42,075 bases of DNA, taken from assembly GCA_021787835.1 (NCBI GenBank), contig JAJYLJ010000003.1:1-42075 (forward strand), in the 5' to 3' direction. Position 1 is the first letter of the stretch, and each line of letters opens with the position of its first letter. Position numbers and translations under genes: made by a program. Positions 1-10,284 of the stretch are shown one piece after another. The notes below the pieces were generated by a model. It was not told the DNA's origin and searched no databases. It saw only the letters and a program-made list of their open reading frames with translations. The stretch comes from Deltaproteobacteria bacterium. GTDB taxonomy: Bacteria > Desulfobacterota > Dissulfuribacteria > Dissulfuribacterales > Sh68.

Positions 1-409
1 TTATGGCTCTCGTCCTGATCTGGGTCGGGGCCTCCTCGCCGCTTATGTAAAGGACCTTTTTGCCAGAGGCCGCGGCTTTAGCAAGGACTTGCAAAAGCAA
101 GGTCGATTTGCCTATGCCAGGTTCACCACCAAGAAGCACTGTAGCGCCAGGAACCATGCCGCCACCCAGGACTCTGTCAAACTCCTTGATGCCGGTATTG
201 ATCCGGTGCCCGTCAGGCCCCCCGGGGACATCTGCAAGCGGAACGGGACGGCACGATGGCATATCAGCCGCCTGTGCAGATCTGCCATCGTCTGCGGCCT
301 CTTCTATAAACGCATTCCACGCTCCACACTCAATACAACGCCCAAGCCACTTGGGCGACTGATAGCCGCATGACTGACATATGTAAAAAATTTGAGGTCT
401 CCTGCCCAC
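1..409 (-). CDS. radA: DNA repair protein RadA/Sms, N-terminal part (continues past the left edge of the window)
   Basis: Absent from the ORF track (GTG start, edge-truncated). Hand translation of the minus strand from GTG at 409 gives MGRRPQIFYICQSCGYQSPKWLGRCIECGAWNAFIEE...FDRVLGGGMVPGATVLLGGEPGIGKSTLLLQVLAKAAASGKKVLYISGEE. This is the RadA CxxC...CxxC zinc finger followed by a RecA-like Walker A. The plus-strand ORFs 60..362 and 89..373 are shadows of it. Confidence 0.85.
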   Translation of the reverse strand, partial: MGRRPQIFYICQSCGYQSPKWLGRCIECGAWNAFIEEAADDGRSAQAADMPSCRPVPLADVPGGPDGHRINTGIKEFDRVLGGGMVPGATVLLGGEPGIGKSTLLLQVLAKAAASGKKVLYISGEEAPTQIRTRAI

Positions 410-417
410 TCGCTCTC

Positions 418-1830
418 CTAGTCGGCCCCCTCTTGGGTCACATCGTCAGAAACTGGTATCACAACCTCTACAACAGTTCCCTTTGGCGAAGCCCCGTTGG
501 CCGTTAAATCCTTAAATGAGATAGAACCGCCCATTGATTCAACAAGACGTTTTACAATCCCTAGACCAAGGCCCGTGCCCCTCGCCTTTGTCGTGACAAA
601 CGGTTCAAAGAGCCGCTCCTTAACGGCATCTGGAAGACCCGGGCCGTTATCTTCCACTCGTATCACAAGCCCTGCTACGTCATATTTCAGTCTGAACTCC
701 ACCCTCCCCCCCTGTTCGCCAATGGCATCAATGGCGTTCTGCGTGAGATTGAGTGCTATCTGCGTAAGTTTAGCCTTGTCCGAATATACGCTTGAATGAT
801 CACAGCTAAATGTAAGGATAATATTATCCGCAGGCATTATCAAACCGCTTCTTATATCCTTACAAAATTTTTCTATCTCGAACACCTCTAAATACGGCCT
901 TGCGGGCCTTGCATAGGCAAGAAGATCAAGTGTCAGGCGTTCAAGCCGTTTGGATTCATCCACGATTATCTCCATGTCTTGCCTCAAGGCGGTCGGCAAA
1001 TCTTCTTCAAGATGAAATTGGGCAAAACCCTTTATGCTGCTAAGCGGATTCCTGATCTCGTGGGCCAGGACGGCGGCCATCTCTCCAAGCGATGCAAGTC
1101 TTTCCTGCTCATAGAGCATCGCCTCAAGCCGCTCGCCTCTCCGCCAGGCAAGAAAAAAGAAAAAGGTGATAACCCAGAGTATTATAAGCGAAAACACTGC
1201 AATAAATATCTGAAAATTCGCCTTTCTTACAATACCCTCGGCTGGATATGGATGAATGGCCACTCTCAGGCAAAAGACCTTCTCTATCTTTTCGTTATCT
1301 TCATTCACATGATAAGGAGTCTTTTCAAGTTTATCGATCCTTTTTTTTAAGAGCTTGTAAGCGCGCACGAGCTTTTTGTGAAGCTGAAACGGAAAGTCCA
1401 GTATGAATACATCTTCGCCGGTCGCCAAAGTTGAAAAATGTATGGACGGCACCTCATCTTTTATCACCTTCTCAATGTATGCATCTTTTTGTTCTCTTCC
1501 GATAAGCTTTGGATTCGAATGTAAAATTATCATACCTTCCTGATCATAAAGACCAAGAAAAGCCAGATCTCCGCGCTTCTCGGTCCTTACGACCTCGGGC
1601 AAGAGTCCCTCCTTAAGGCCGAACCTGTCAAGGGTTATACCTATATTCACTGCTATATCAATGGCCCGCTTTTCCATGAGGTTCTTCGCCCCATCAATGG
1701 ATATCTCGTAGGTTCCGATGGCGCTTATAACCACTACCACCGAAAAAAGCATCAGCAAGCCCAATGCTATAAGCTGATAAGGCATTGAGACGACAGAATA
1801 TTTATTGGCTTTTCCTCTATCTTCTGCCAT
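418..1830 (-). CDS. Sensor histidine kinase (two TM segments flanking a roughly 165-aa extracytoplasmic region; HisKA + HATPase_c)
   Basis: 470-aa ORF with H-box LAHEIRNPLSSIKGF, N-box LNLTQNAIDAI, G1 VEDNGPGLP and G2 GTGLGLGIV. Hydrophobic segments are YQLIALGLLMLFSVVVVISAIG and FQIFIAVFSLIILWVITFFFFLAW. No response regulator gene lies next to it. Confidence 0.85.
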   Translation of the reverse strand: MAEDRGKANKYSVVSMPYQLIALGLLMLFSVVVVISAIGTYEISIDGAKNLMEKRAIDIAVNIGITLDRFGLKEGLLPEVVRTEKRGDLAFLGLYDQEGMIILHSNPKLIGREQKDAYIEKVIKDEVPSIHFSTLATGEDVFILDFPFQLHKKLVRAYKLLKKRIDKLEKTPYHVNEDNEKIEKVFCLRVAIHPYPAEGIVRKANFQIFIAVFSLIILWVITFFFFLAWRRGERLEAMLYEQERLASLGEMAAVLAHEIRNPLSSIKGFAQFHLEEDLPTALRQDMEIIVDESKRLERLTLDLLAYARPARPYLEVFEIEKFCKDIRSGLIMPADNIILTFSCDHSSVYSDKAKLTQIALNLTQNAIDAIGEQGGRVEFRLKYDVAGLVIRVEDNGPGLPDAVKERLFEPFVTTKARGTGLGLGIVKRLVESMGGSISFKDLTANGASPKGTVVEVVIPVSDDVTQEGAD

Positions 1831-2090
1831 TTTGTGCGGTTCCAGGACCTTTCATACACTTCTCAAGAGAATAACACAGTCCTTATCGTGTAAAATTTTC
1901 AGCTTACTCGCAACACACCGGCTTGATGACACCGCCGTGCTTGGCATAGATGATTACCTGGCTTGACATCACTGAAGCCGTAGAATTTCAAGGTGCGGCT
2001 AAACGGACTTGCCTGACCGATTTTGTTAACAATATTACGCCAAGCGAGCCAGCATCTCTATTCGGGGTCTTTTGAGGTCTTTAAAAATTA

Positions 2091-3887
2091 TTATTTGTGA
2101 TAAATTCCTCCTTTTTTTATTATGTCTTCGTATCTGTCCAGTTCTTTTTTATACAATGCATCGTCCTTCACGAGGGGTATGGAGAAGTCACCTTTGACAT
2201 GCCACTTATCCTTCAGATAATACCATGGGGCAAAGTCTTCGATCTTCCACCCATCTTTCACCATAATCTTTGTAGTAGCCCGCATATCCTTTATGGATAA
2301 ACCGTTTTTGTCGGCCACTACCGTATGCCTGCCCTTGAACGGCTCCGCGCCTTGATCGCTGTATTCCCATGTGACCTCCTGACGCTGCGCCCCGTCTTTT
2401 GTGTGGCAGCTATCACAGCTCCTTGCCTTGCCGTACTTGTGTGACAGCTTGTCCATCTGTATCCATGCAAGGGCATCGCCATCTGATGGAAGCCCGCCCA
2501 AAAGCCCGACAAAGGCATACGCATCGTCTGTCCTTTTGAGATCCGGAAGATTTGCAGGGAACCGCCATGCCAGGCCTGGTTTCAAATTGCCGGCTGTTTT
2601 TTGGTTCAAAACGGCGTTGATAAATGGTTTCACAGGGATCCATCTTCCCCTCTGATCCTTGATAAGAATAGGTTCCTCCATGACGCCGTAGTATTTTTTA
2701 TATTTGAAGAAAGGCGTTGCAACCCCTGCTATCTTGCCAGGGCCCCAGAATGTTGCGGTATAGGCGCCTACATCCTGGATATGGCACGCCTCGCATGAAA
2801 CCCGCTCGTGGACGGATTTTGCAATTGATTTCACCGCAGCACCATGACATTTAGAGCAATCAACCTGCCTCTTTACCTGCCCGTGCAAAAGTGTTTTGTC
2901 TTTTGCAGGCGTGTCGTGGCAGTCAAGGCATGAAAGCCCTTTTGAATAATGGATATCCGGTATCGCGCCTTTTGGATTTGCATAGAGCCCGCCTATGTAC
3001 CCGGCGCCCCTTCTTCTCTCCTCCGGTCCCGCGTGGCACAATGAACCCCTGCCGCCGCCATAGCAGGACTGTGCTGATACACTTTTTGTAAATGTATGCG
3101 GACCAATTGCAGGATCATTCGGGTCGTTACTTCTAGGGGTGTAGTGGCAATCAAGACACCCGACATGGCAGAGATTGCAGGCCTTCTGGTTGACAGACGC
3201 CATCCCTTTCGTAAACGGCACATTGGTGCCTTTTGCGATTTTCTCATAGCCGTCTGCAAACCAGGCGCCGCAGTTGTGCGGGCCCCTATCCTTGTCGGTC
3301 CATGTCTTATATTGGCTCTGTTTTGCGTTGCGGCCCATGGCGGTCTTCTTGAACTCATTGACTTCTTTTTGATGACACATACCGCATGTCTTTTCGGTCG
3401 CCTCATAATTGCCGAAAAGGGTCTCAGGGTCTATATCATGGAATAAGATGGTGTCTATCTGTGGAATCCTGACAAACCTTCCGTCTTTCTCCGCCATCGG
3501 CAGGAGCTCTGTCAGCGGATTTTCCCCTCTCGGCTCCATGGATTCCGGCTTGTATCTTTCGAGCTTATCCCTTGTGACGGCCTGAAGACCTCCTGACCTT
3601 AAAACATAATAAGGTCTCAGCATCCCCTTGTGCGCACCTTCTTTTGTAGGATCGGCAGGGTTGCCCAGATGACAGTCAGTGCACGATGCGGGCATCTTCG
3701 TCTGTTTCTGCGTCTCCTCATTTGTTATCGTGAATTGAGGATATCCAAACCCTTTCATCTTGGATGTGTCGGCATGACAACCAAGACAGCTGTTGATTTC
3801 CTGTTTTGGCCGGGCGGCTGCCTGATTGTTTATAAGGAATAAGGCAGCCGTGCCAAGCATCAACATAAATATTATACGCACCTTCAT
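2091..3887 (-). CDS. Secreted multiheme c-type cytochrome (9 canonical CxxCH sites plus one atypical C-x8-CH-like site)
   Basis: 598-aa ORF with an N-terminal signal-like segment MKVRIIFMLMLGTAALFLINNQAAA. CxxCH sites are CLGCH, CTDCH, CGMCH, CNLCH, CLDCH, CLDCH, CSKCH, CEACH and CDSCH, plus CYGGGRGSLCH. An SD (aggaggg) lies just upstream of the ATG at 3887. Confidence 0.85.
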   Translation of the reverse strand: MKVRIIFMLMLGTAALFLINNQAAARPKQEINSCLGCHADTSKMKGFGYPQFTITNEETQKQTKMPASCTDCHLGNPADPTKEGAHKGMLRPYYVLRSGGLQAVTRDKLERYKPESMEPRGENPLTELLPMAEKDGRFVRIPQIDTILFHDIDPETLFGNYEATEKTCGMCHQKEVNEFKKTAMGRNAKQSQYKTWTDKDRGPHNCGAWFADGYEKIAKGTNVPFTKGMASVNQKACNLCHVGCLDCHYTPRSNDPNDPAIGPHTFTKSVSAQSCYGGGRGSLCHAGPEERRRGAGYIGGLYANPKGAIPDIHYSKGLSCLDCHDTPAKDKTLLHGQVKRQVDCSKCHGAAVKSIAKSVHERVSCEACHIQDVGAYTATFWGPGKIAGVATPFFKYKKYYGVMEEPILIKDQRGRWIPVKPFINAVLNQKTAGNLKPGLAWRFPANLPDLKRTDDAYAFVGLLGGLPSDGDALAWIQMDKLSHKYGKARSCDSCHTKDGAQRQEVTWEYSDQGAEPFKGRHTVVADKNGLSIKDMRATTKIMVKDGWKIEDFAPWYYLKDKWHVKGDFSIPLVKDDALYKKELDRYEDIIKKGGIYHK

Positions 3888-4312
3888 ATTTCCCTCCTCT
3901 ATACATGCTAATGACAGACATTAAGATGGCCGTGCTTCAGGGCCATATTTTATAGATTAGAATAAATGGCAGCGTTTTTCAAAATCTTACTACAGTCTCT
4001 AGCAAAAAAATAAAAAATGCCATCCTGAATAATGTCTCTATAATCATTTCGCCGCAGGCAGTGGCGATGACGGCATAGCCCTCTTGCGCCTACTGCACCC
4101 TGATATTACCTTCAAAATGACAAGTCTTGCTATTCTTTGAGGGACATCGGTTGCCTCTACTACGTATTTTGCAGATAGAGGGATACTGGATGCCGCGGTG
4201 GAGCCGAGAGTCATGATCTTCAATGGCAGGATAAAAAAACTAAACTGAATCTAATCTGACAGAGACCTTTGAAAATCTGGTAACTGTCAGATCAAATCGA
4301 AACTACAAATAA

Positions 4313-4346
4313 AAAAGGCGGTTGCACAAAGCATTCCCCGCCTTTT
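4313..4346 (-). terminator. Putative rho-independent terminator downstream of adk (A/T-flanked, potentially bidirectional)
   Basis: The stem aaaaggcgg (4313-4321) pairs with ccgcctttt (4338-4346) around a 16-nt loop. It sits 28 nt after the adk stop, with T-rich flanks on both strands. Confidence 0.55.
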
Positions 4347-4373
4347 CGTCTTTCTAATTTGTCTAGGCCAAAA

Positions 4374-5045
<672 letters not shown>

Positions 5046-5154
5046 TCAGAATGGTTTGAATTGACTATATTGTAATTTATCTAGAAAGCAAACGCTGAAT
5101 ACCTTTATTAGCCATAAATAAGCCGCCGTTGACAAGTTAAAGTAATTTAAATCA

Positions 5155-7176
5155 CTATAATTTCTTAAGTTCAAACAAAAGCTGCCCCTCTTGCACAGAT
5201 TCATTAAGTTTTACACATATCTCCCTTACCAGGGCGTCAAACGGCGCGATGATAGCGTTTTCCATCTTCATTGCCTCTAGGTTTGCTATCTCCTCACCCT
5301 TATGGACCATATCCCCTGCCTTCAATGCGCCTCTTTGCGGATTCCCTATGCGCCACACGCTGCCATTTATCGGAGCGCCGATCTGGGTCTGGCCTTTAGC
5401 CATGCGTATCTCCACCTTTTTGGCCCTTGGCGTCTCGACCGTATAGACCCTGGTCTTGTTGTTCACGCGCATAACCACATGTATGACGCCTTCATGCTCT
5501 CTGCCAAGAGAAACGAGCTCTATACAATAAGGCTTGCCCCAGAACTCGAATTCAACCTTGTCACCCTGATTCTTTAAACCTTCTCTCCATACATTCGTAG
5601 GCAGCACCATCGGAGTCTCTCCGTAGGTATCCCTGAATTCTATAAATGTAAGGGCATCCTTCGGGTGCATAAGATAGAGGATAAACTCTTCATCTGTTGG
5701 TCTGCGTCCAAGATGTTCAGAAAGGTCACCATGGATCTTTTCAAGGTTATCCTCAGGCAGGGTGTCAAGCGGGGACAATTCCTTGCGCTCCTTAAGCTTT
5801 TCTTCCCAATCGTCGCCAAATGCGCTCCTATAAACCCATTCCGCTGGCCACCCCATAGGAAGCCTTCCGTAATGGCCCAGGATGAGATTTTTGAAATCTC
5901 CAGGGGCGTTTCTAAACAGCGTTAGAAGCTCATCTTGCTCCTCCAGGGACATGGCCCCAAATTCTTGACCTTTTTCTTCAACAAACCTGGCAAGAAGATC
6001 TATTACATGCATTACGCCCGCCTCACCCTTGGCCTTTGCATATTTATTTACAATGCCGCTGCAAGTGACCCAGGTTATCTGTGAGCCAGGGGTGACATCA
6101 AAATATTTGACTATGCGATTATAAAGAGACATCACCCTGAGTATCGCGGGCATAAGGTGCAGAAACCCGCCCTTTTCAGCCTGCTCAAATGAACTTGGGA
6201 AGGCCCCGCCTGGCATTTTATGGGCGGTGACAGTGTGATCAAAACCCTTGAACGGCGACTCGGCCCACTCATAGTGTTTGATCCAATCCCTGATTTTCTG
6301 TGAGGCCCTTACCGCCTCTTCCCTGTTGAGCGCAGTCTTTACTCCGGATTCCTCAAAATACGCCTGGACGGTAAGCATCGGCGCCTGGCCATAGAAACGT
6401 GTCAGGGCATCCTCTTCGACATCGATTATCTTGGCGCCCGCCTTTGCAGCGGCAAGGAGCGCCGGCACGGCAAGACCGTCTGTGGCGTGGCGGTGATACT
6501 GCACCACAAGTTCCGGATAGGCCTGTTTTATTGCGTCCACCAAGCTACTGATACGCTTAGGACTGCCGACGCCGGCCATATCCTTGATGCACAGAATGAT
6601 TTCATCCATACCGCCGCAGAGACCGGCTATCTCATCCACAAGCTTTAGATAGTATTCATTTGTAGCCCAATCAGCCTGAGTAAAAGAAATTGCCGGCTGG
6701 AAAAGCCTGCCTCTTTTCATCACGACATCCGCAACGGCCCTCATGTTCCTGATGTCATTCAAAAATGAAAAGCACCGCCATACGTCTATATCGACATTTG
6801 CGACAACGTATTCTATTACATTTTTTGGATAGGGCCTGTAACCCCAAAGATTCGTCTCACGGATAAGTGTTTGGAGAAGCACATTAGGCATCCGCTCCCT
6901 CAGGAGACATATCTCTTCAAAAGGGTTCTCCTTCCGGTTCATGATGCCGACATGCCATCTGGCCCCGCCGTGGCACTCGGCGCTGAAGATATTCATTCTT
7001 TCATAATAAGGAGCGAGGGTTACAAGATCATATATCCGGTGGCGGTTTTTATAATCAGACTGACCGGCGTCCCTCATCCCGGTTGAAGTAAAAGCTACGC
7101 CATCGAGCGCCCTCACTGCGTTTACTATGTCGCCCGGCTGCATACCAGGCCTCACAAAATGACCAATCTCGTTCAT
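5155..7176 (-). CDS. pycB: Biotin-dependent carboxylase, carboxyltransferase + C-terminal biotinyl-carrier subunit (pyruvate carboxylase subunit B-like; 2-oxoglutarate carboxylase large subunit not excluded)
   Basis: The C-terminal biotinyl domain has the EAMKMEN biotinylation motif. The N-terminal part is a 5S transcarboxylase/HMGL-like region (RDAGQS..., HRHATDG). It is paired with a biotin carboxylase gene immediately upstream. I prefer the start MNEIGHF at 7176, one nt after the upstream TGA, over the track start at 7200. Confidence 0.7.
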   Translation of the reverse strand: MNEIGHFVRPGMQPGDIVNAVRALDGVAFTSTGMRDAGQSDYKNRHRIYDLVTLAPYYERMNIFSAECHGGARWHVGIMNRKENPFEEICLLRERMPNVLLQTLIRETNLWGYRPYPKNVIEYVVANVDIDVWRCFSFLNDIRNMRAVADVVMKRGRLFQPAISFTQADWATNEYYLKLVDEIAGLCGGMDEIILCIKDMAGVGSPKRISSLVDAIKQAYPELVVQYHRHATDGLAVPALLAAAKAGAKIIDVEEDALTRFYGQAPMLTVQAYFEESGVKTALNREEAVRASQKIRDWIKHYEWAESPFKGFDHTVTAHKMPGGAFPSSFEQAEKGGFLHLMPAILRVMSLYNRIVKYFDVTPGSQITWVTCSGIVNKYAKAKGEAGVMHVIDLLARFVEEKGQEFGAMSLEEQDELLTLFRNAPGDFKNLILGHYGRLPMGWPAEWVYRSAFGDDWEEKLKERKELSPLDTLPEDNLEKIHGDLSEHLGRRPTDEEFILYLMHPKDALTFIEFRDTYGETPMVLPTNVWREGLKNQGDKVEFEFWGKPYCIELVSLGREHEGVIHVVMRVNNKTRVYTVETPRAKKVEIRMAKGQTQIGAPINGSVWRIGNPQRGALKAGDMVHKGEEIANLEAMKMENAIIAPFDALVREICVKLNESVQEGQLLFELKKL

Positions 7177-7177
7177 A

Positions 7178-8635
7178 TCACATCCATTCCTGCGGCCCAA
7201 GGGCCGAGACCTTCGCTACGAATTTTGCGATCTTCAACACCTCGTCCTCCATGCTTTTTTCCTTGAACATGGAAACAAGTTCACTCATATGCTCCTCGAT
7301 AAACCGTGTCGAAAACTCTCCTCGCCTGAATGATTCATGTCTTATTATGCTAAGAAGAAGCGGCGCAAGGGTCTTGATGCCCTCAACCCTAAAATTCCTG
7401 CTGAGGACCCTGTCCATGACCCTTACGGCGTCATCTCTGTCAGAGCCGGCCGTCATTATGAGCATTACAAGTGAATCATAATAGGCCGGTATATCCGCCC
7501 CCTCATATGCCCCCTGGGATATTCTGACACCTGGCCCCTGCGGAACCTCCATGCGCGTTATCCTCCCGAATGACGGGCTGAAATTCTTCGGGTCTTCCGC
7601 ATTGATCCTTACCTCAAGCGCCCATCTGTTTGGGTGTATATCGGCCTGCTTAAAGGAGAATTTTTTGCCGTCCGCCACGTCTATCATGAGACCGGCGATA
7701 TCAAGACCTGTTATGAGTTCTGTAATGCCATGCTCCACCTGTAGACGGGTATTGACCTCCAAAAAATAAAAGCGCTTTGATGCAGAATCAAAAATAAACT
7801 CGACCGTACCAGCGCTTGTGTACCCTATTTCGCGCATGAGTCTTGCCGCCGTAAAACACATCTCGTTTCTTATGTCATGATTTATAGACGGAGATGGGGC
7901 CTCTTCTATGATTTTCTGGTTGCGCCTCTGAAGCGTGCATTCCCTCTCATAGAGGTGAAATACATTGCCGTGCTCATCCGCGACTATCTGGACTTCAATA
8001 TGGCGGCCCCGCTCAATATATTTTTCGACAAGGAGCTTGTCATCGCCGAACGACTTTCTGGCCTCGGATCTAGCCTGCTCGAGGGCTATCAAGAGACCGT
8101 CATCAGACTCCACCTTAACCATGCCCTTGCCGCCGCCGCCAAAGGCTGCCTTGATTATTATTGGGTAAGAAACGTCTTCATCCTTGATCCATTTTTTTAT
8201 CTGCTCCACATCAGTAACACCGCTTATGCCCGGAATGGTTGGGACATTGGCCCTCATGGCGAGTTTTTTCGCCTCCATCTTGTCGCCCATGACCTTTATG
8301 ACCTTTGGAGGAGGCCCTATCCAGACAAGTCCTGCATCAATAACCATTTGGGCGAATATGCTGTTCTCAGCCAAGAACCCCCATCCTGGGTGTATGGCGT
8401 CGGCTCCGCTCTTGAGTGCGGCGCCAATCATCTTTTGCATATTGAGATATGACTCGGCAGGCGGGGCCTCGCCAATATAAATTGCGGAATCAGCGACTCG
8501 GACATGATGGGCCAGACGATCAGGCGTGCTGTAAACAGCGACAGTGGGTATCTTCCTGTCGCGGCATGTGTGGATGATACGCACCGCCGGCACGCCGCGA
8601 TTTGCAATAAGTATCTTTTTTATCTTCCGCTCCAT
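7178..8635 (-). CDS. pycA: Biotin carboxylase subunit (pyruvate carboxylase subunit A-like, ATP-grasp)
   Basis: Motifs KKILIANRGVPAVRII, AAFGGGGKGM, EVNTRLQVEH and a biotin carboxylase C-domain. The start is set at MERKIKK (ATG 8635) because aggag lies about 7 nt upstream. The track start at 8677 adds an unlikely 14-aa extension. Confidence 0.85.
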   Translation of the reverse strand: MERKIKKILIANRGVPAVRIIHTCRDRKIPTVAVYSTPDRLAHHVRVADSAIYIGEAPPAESYLNMQKMIGAALKSGADAIHPGWGFLAENSIFAQMVIDAGLVWIGPPPKVIKVMGDKMEAKKLAMRANVPTIPGISGVTDVEQIKKWIKDEDVSYPIIIKAAFGGGGKGMVKVESDDGLLIALEQARSEARKSFGDDKLLVEKYIERGRHIEVQIVADEHGNVFHLYERECTLQRRNQKIIEEAPSPSINHDIRNEMCFTAARLMREIGYTSAGTVEFIFDSASKRFYFLEVNTRLQVEHGITELITGLDIAGLMIDVADGKKFSFKQADIHPNRWALEVRINAEDPKNFSPSFGRITRMEVPQGPGVRISQGAYEGADIPAYYDSLVMLIMTAGSDRDDAVRVMDRVLSRNFRVEGIKTLAPLLLSIIRHESFRRGEFSTRFIEEHMSELVSMFKEKSMEDEVLKIAKFVAKVSALGPQEWM

Positions 8636-8766
8636 CTGGTAACTCCTATCTGGCCATCGCCACAGCCTGGATGTCAATCGTAAGGCAAGTGATTATCATC
8701 AACAAAATAAAAAATTGTATTTAAGTCAAGCCCTCCTTAAAGGGCCTTATGGAGCATTATATTATT

Positions 8767-9126
8767 TTACTTTTCACCTATAAGCTCACTCAATGCCTGC
8801 TGAAATTCCTTATCGGATGCTGCCCTCTTGAGAACCCCGGGATCTATATCAACCACATCGGCCTCTGTATTATGCCTTTCCTCCACCAAATCCGAAACAT
8901 CTATCTCTGTAAGCCTCGCAGCGCTTCTTACGGATATATCAATATCTTTATTTTTAATAGCCGCGCCTGATGCGTCAGCAGCATAGATTGCATCAAACCA
9001 GCAAAAGGAATCATCAGCCTTGATGATTTCGCCCAATAATTTTCTCGATGCAGTCAAATTCATGCCGCATCTCCAGCATTTTTCCAGATAATCAAAGGTT
9101 ATAATACCGCATTTCGGGCATCTCAT
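8767..9126 (-). CDS. Hypothetical protein with N-terminal zinc ribbon
   Basis: 119 aa. MRCPKCG...CWRCG gives a CxxC-x11-CxxC motif, followed by an acidic C-terminal half. SD gggagg upstream of the ATG. Confidence 0.55.
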   Translation of the reverse strand: MRCPKCGIITFDYLEKCWRCGMNLTASRKLLGEIIKADDSFCWFDAIYAADASGAAIKNKDIDISVRSAARLTEIDVSDLVEERHNTEADVVDIDPGVLKRAASDKEFQQALSELIGEK

Positions 9127-9231
9127 TTTTTTGACCTCCCTTTTCAGATAAATAACACCTGAGCATTTACAATTCCTTTAAAATATAGCATATAACCATT
9201 ATCTTTTTTATAAAATATCAGGGCAAAATAC

Positions 9232-9585
9232 ATGACTTTAACGAACAATCTAAAATCGACCATCACATGCATTATCATCGGCCTTTTTGTCGTCTCTCTC
9301 TCATCCTGCGCTGGCACCCCTAGAACACATCTAGTGGCTGACGCGTCCCTTATAAAAATAGGGCAGAGTCAGTCCGACATCCTTAAATTGTTCGGACCGC
9401 CCCACGCCAGCCAAACAAATTCATCAGGCCAGGAGGAATGGTATTATTACGAATCAGACAAACACTTCTGGCAGCGCATCCCTTTTCTGGGAAAATACCT
9501 GGGCACGGAAAAAATTAATGCATTACAGATTGTCTTCGATTCAGGAAAAATTATAAAGATCCGGTATTATGTCCCAAGCAGCTAG
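9232..9585 (+). CDS. Lipoprotein, SmpA/OmlA (BamE-like) fold suspected
   Basis: 117 aa. Signal peptide with lipobox [24 protein letters not shown] resembles the BamE/SmpA_OmlA N-terminal motif (from memory). Confidence 0.55.
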   Translation: MTLTNNLKSTITCIIIGLFVVSLSSCAGTPRTHLVADASLIKIGQSQSDILKLFGPPHASQTNSSGQEEWYYYESDKHFWQRIPFLGKYLGTEKINALQIVFDSGKIIKIRYYVPSS

Positions 9586-10240
9586 CAACTCCTGCAACGA
9601 TCAATTCAAGATAGCCAGGGAGAGAATGGTTGCGCAACAGCTCAGGCCCTTCGGGATAACGGATGAAAGGGTCTTGGCCGCCATGAGGAAGATTCCAAGG
9701 CATCTTTTTGTGGAAGAGGCCCTATGGGATCAGGCCTACGGTGATTTTCCGCTACCGATTGGCTACGGGCAGACCATATCCCAACCATATATCGTAGCGC
9801 TAATGACCCAGGAGCTTGGCCTAAAAGGCGATGAAAAGGTGCTTGAAATCGGAACAGGTTCCGGGTATCAGGCCGCGCTGCTTGGAGAGCTTGCAAGGTC
9901 TGTGTTCAGCGTGGAACGCGTATCGGCGCTTCTTGCCAGGGCCAGAAAGATTTTGGACAAGCTTAACTATTCAAACATATATCTCAAACTTGACGACGGC
10001 ACATGGGGATGGAAGGATGAGGCCCCATTCGACGCCATAATAGTCACAGCAGGCTCTCCGGCTGCGCCACAACCACTCCTGGATCAATTAAAGGACCCCG
10101 GTGTCCTGATAATACCGGTGGGAGATGAATATTCTCAAACATTGGTCAAGATCATAAAATCAAACGGGGAGCTATATCATGAGAATAAAGGCGCTGTTCG
10201 CTTCGTAAGACTGATAGGCAATCATGGATGGAGTTCTTGA
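9569..10240 (+). CDS. pcm: Protein-L-isoaspartate O-methyltransferase
   Basis: 223 aa. Motifs [30 protein letters not shown] and the C-terminal VRFVRL are typical of Pcm. Confidence 0.9.
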   Translation: MSQAASNSCNDQFKIARERMVAQQLRPFGITDERVLAAMRKIPRHLFVEEALWDQAYGDFPLPIGYGQTISQPYIVALMTQELGLKGDEKVLEIGTGSGYQAALLGELARSVFSVERVSALLARARKILDKLNYSNIYLKLDDGTWGWKDEAPFDAIIVTAGSPAAPQPLLDQLKDPGVLIIPVGDEYSQTLVKIIKSNGELYHENKGAVRFVRLIGNHGWSS

Positions 10241-10284
10241 GTTTTAAACTGTTGGGCACCTAAACGATCACGGGTGATATTTTC

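Noticed and set aside
60-373. Plus-strand ORFs of 100 and 94 aa at the left edge
   Set aside because: Their sequences are low-complexity and Pro/Ala/Arg-rich. The opposite strand gives a clean RadA N-terminus (zinc finger plus Walker A), so they are shadow ORFs.
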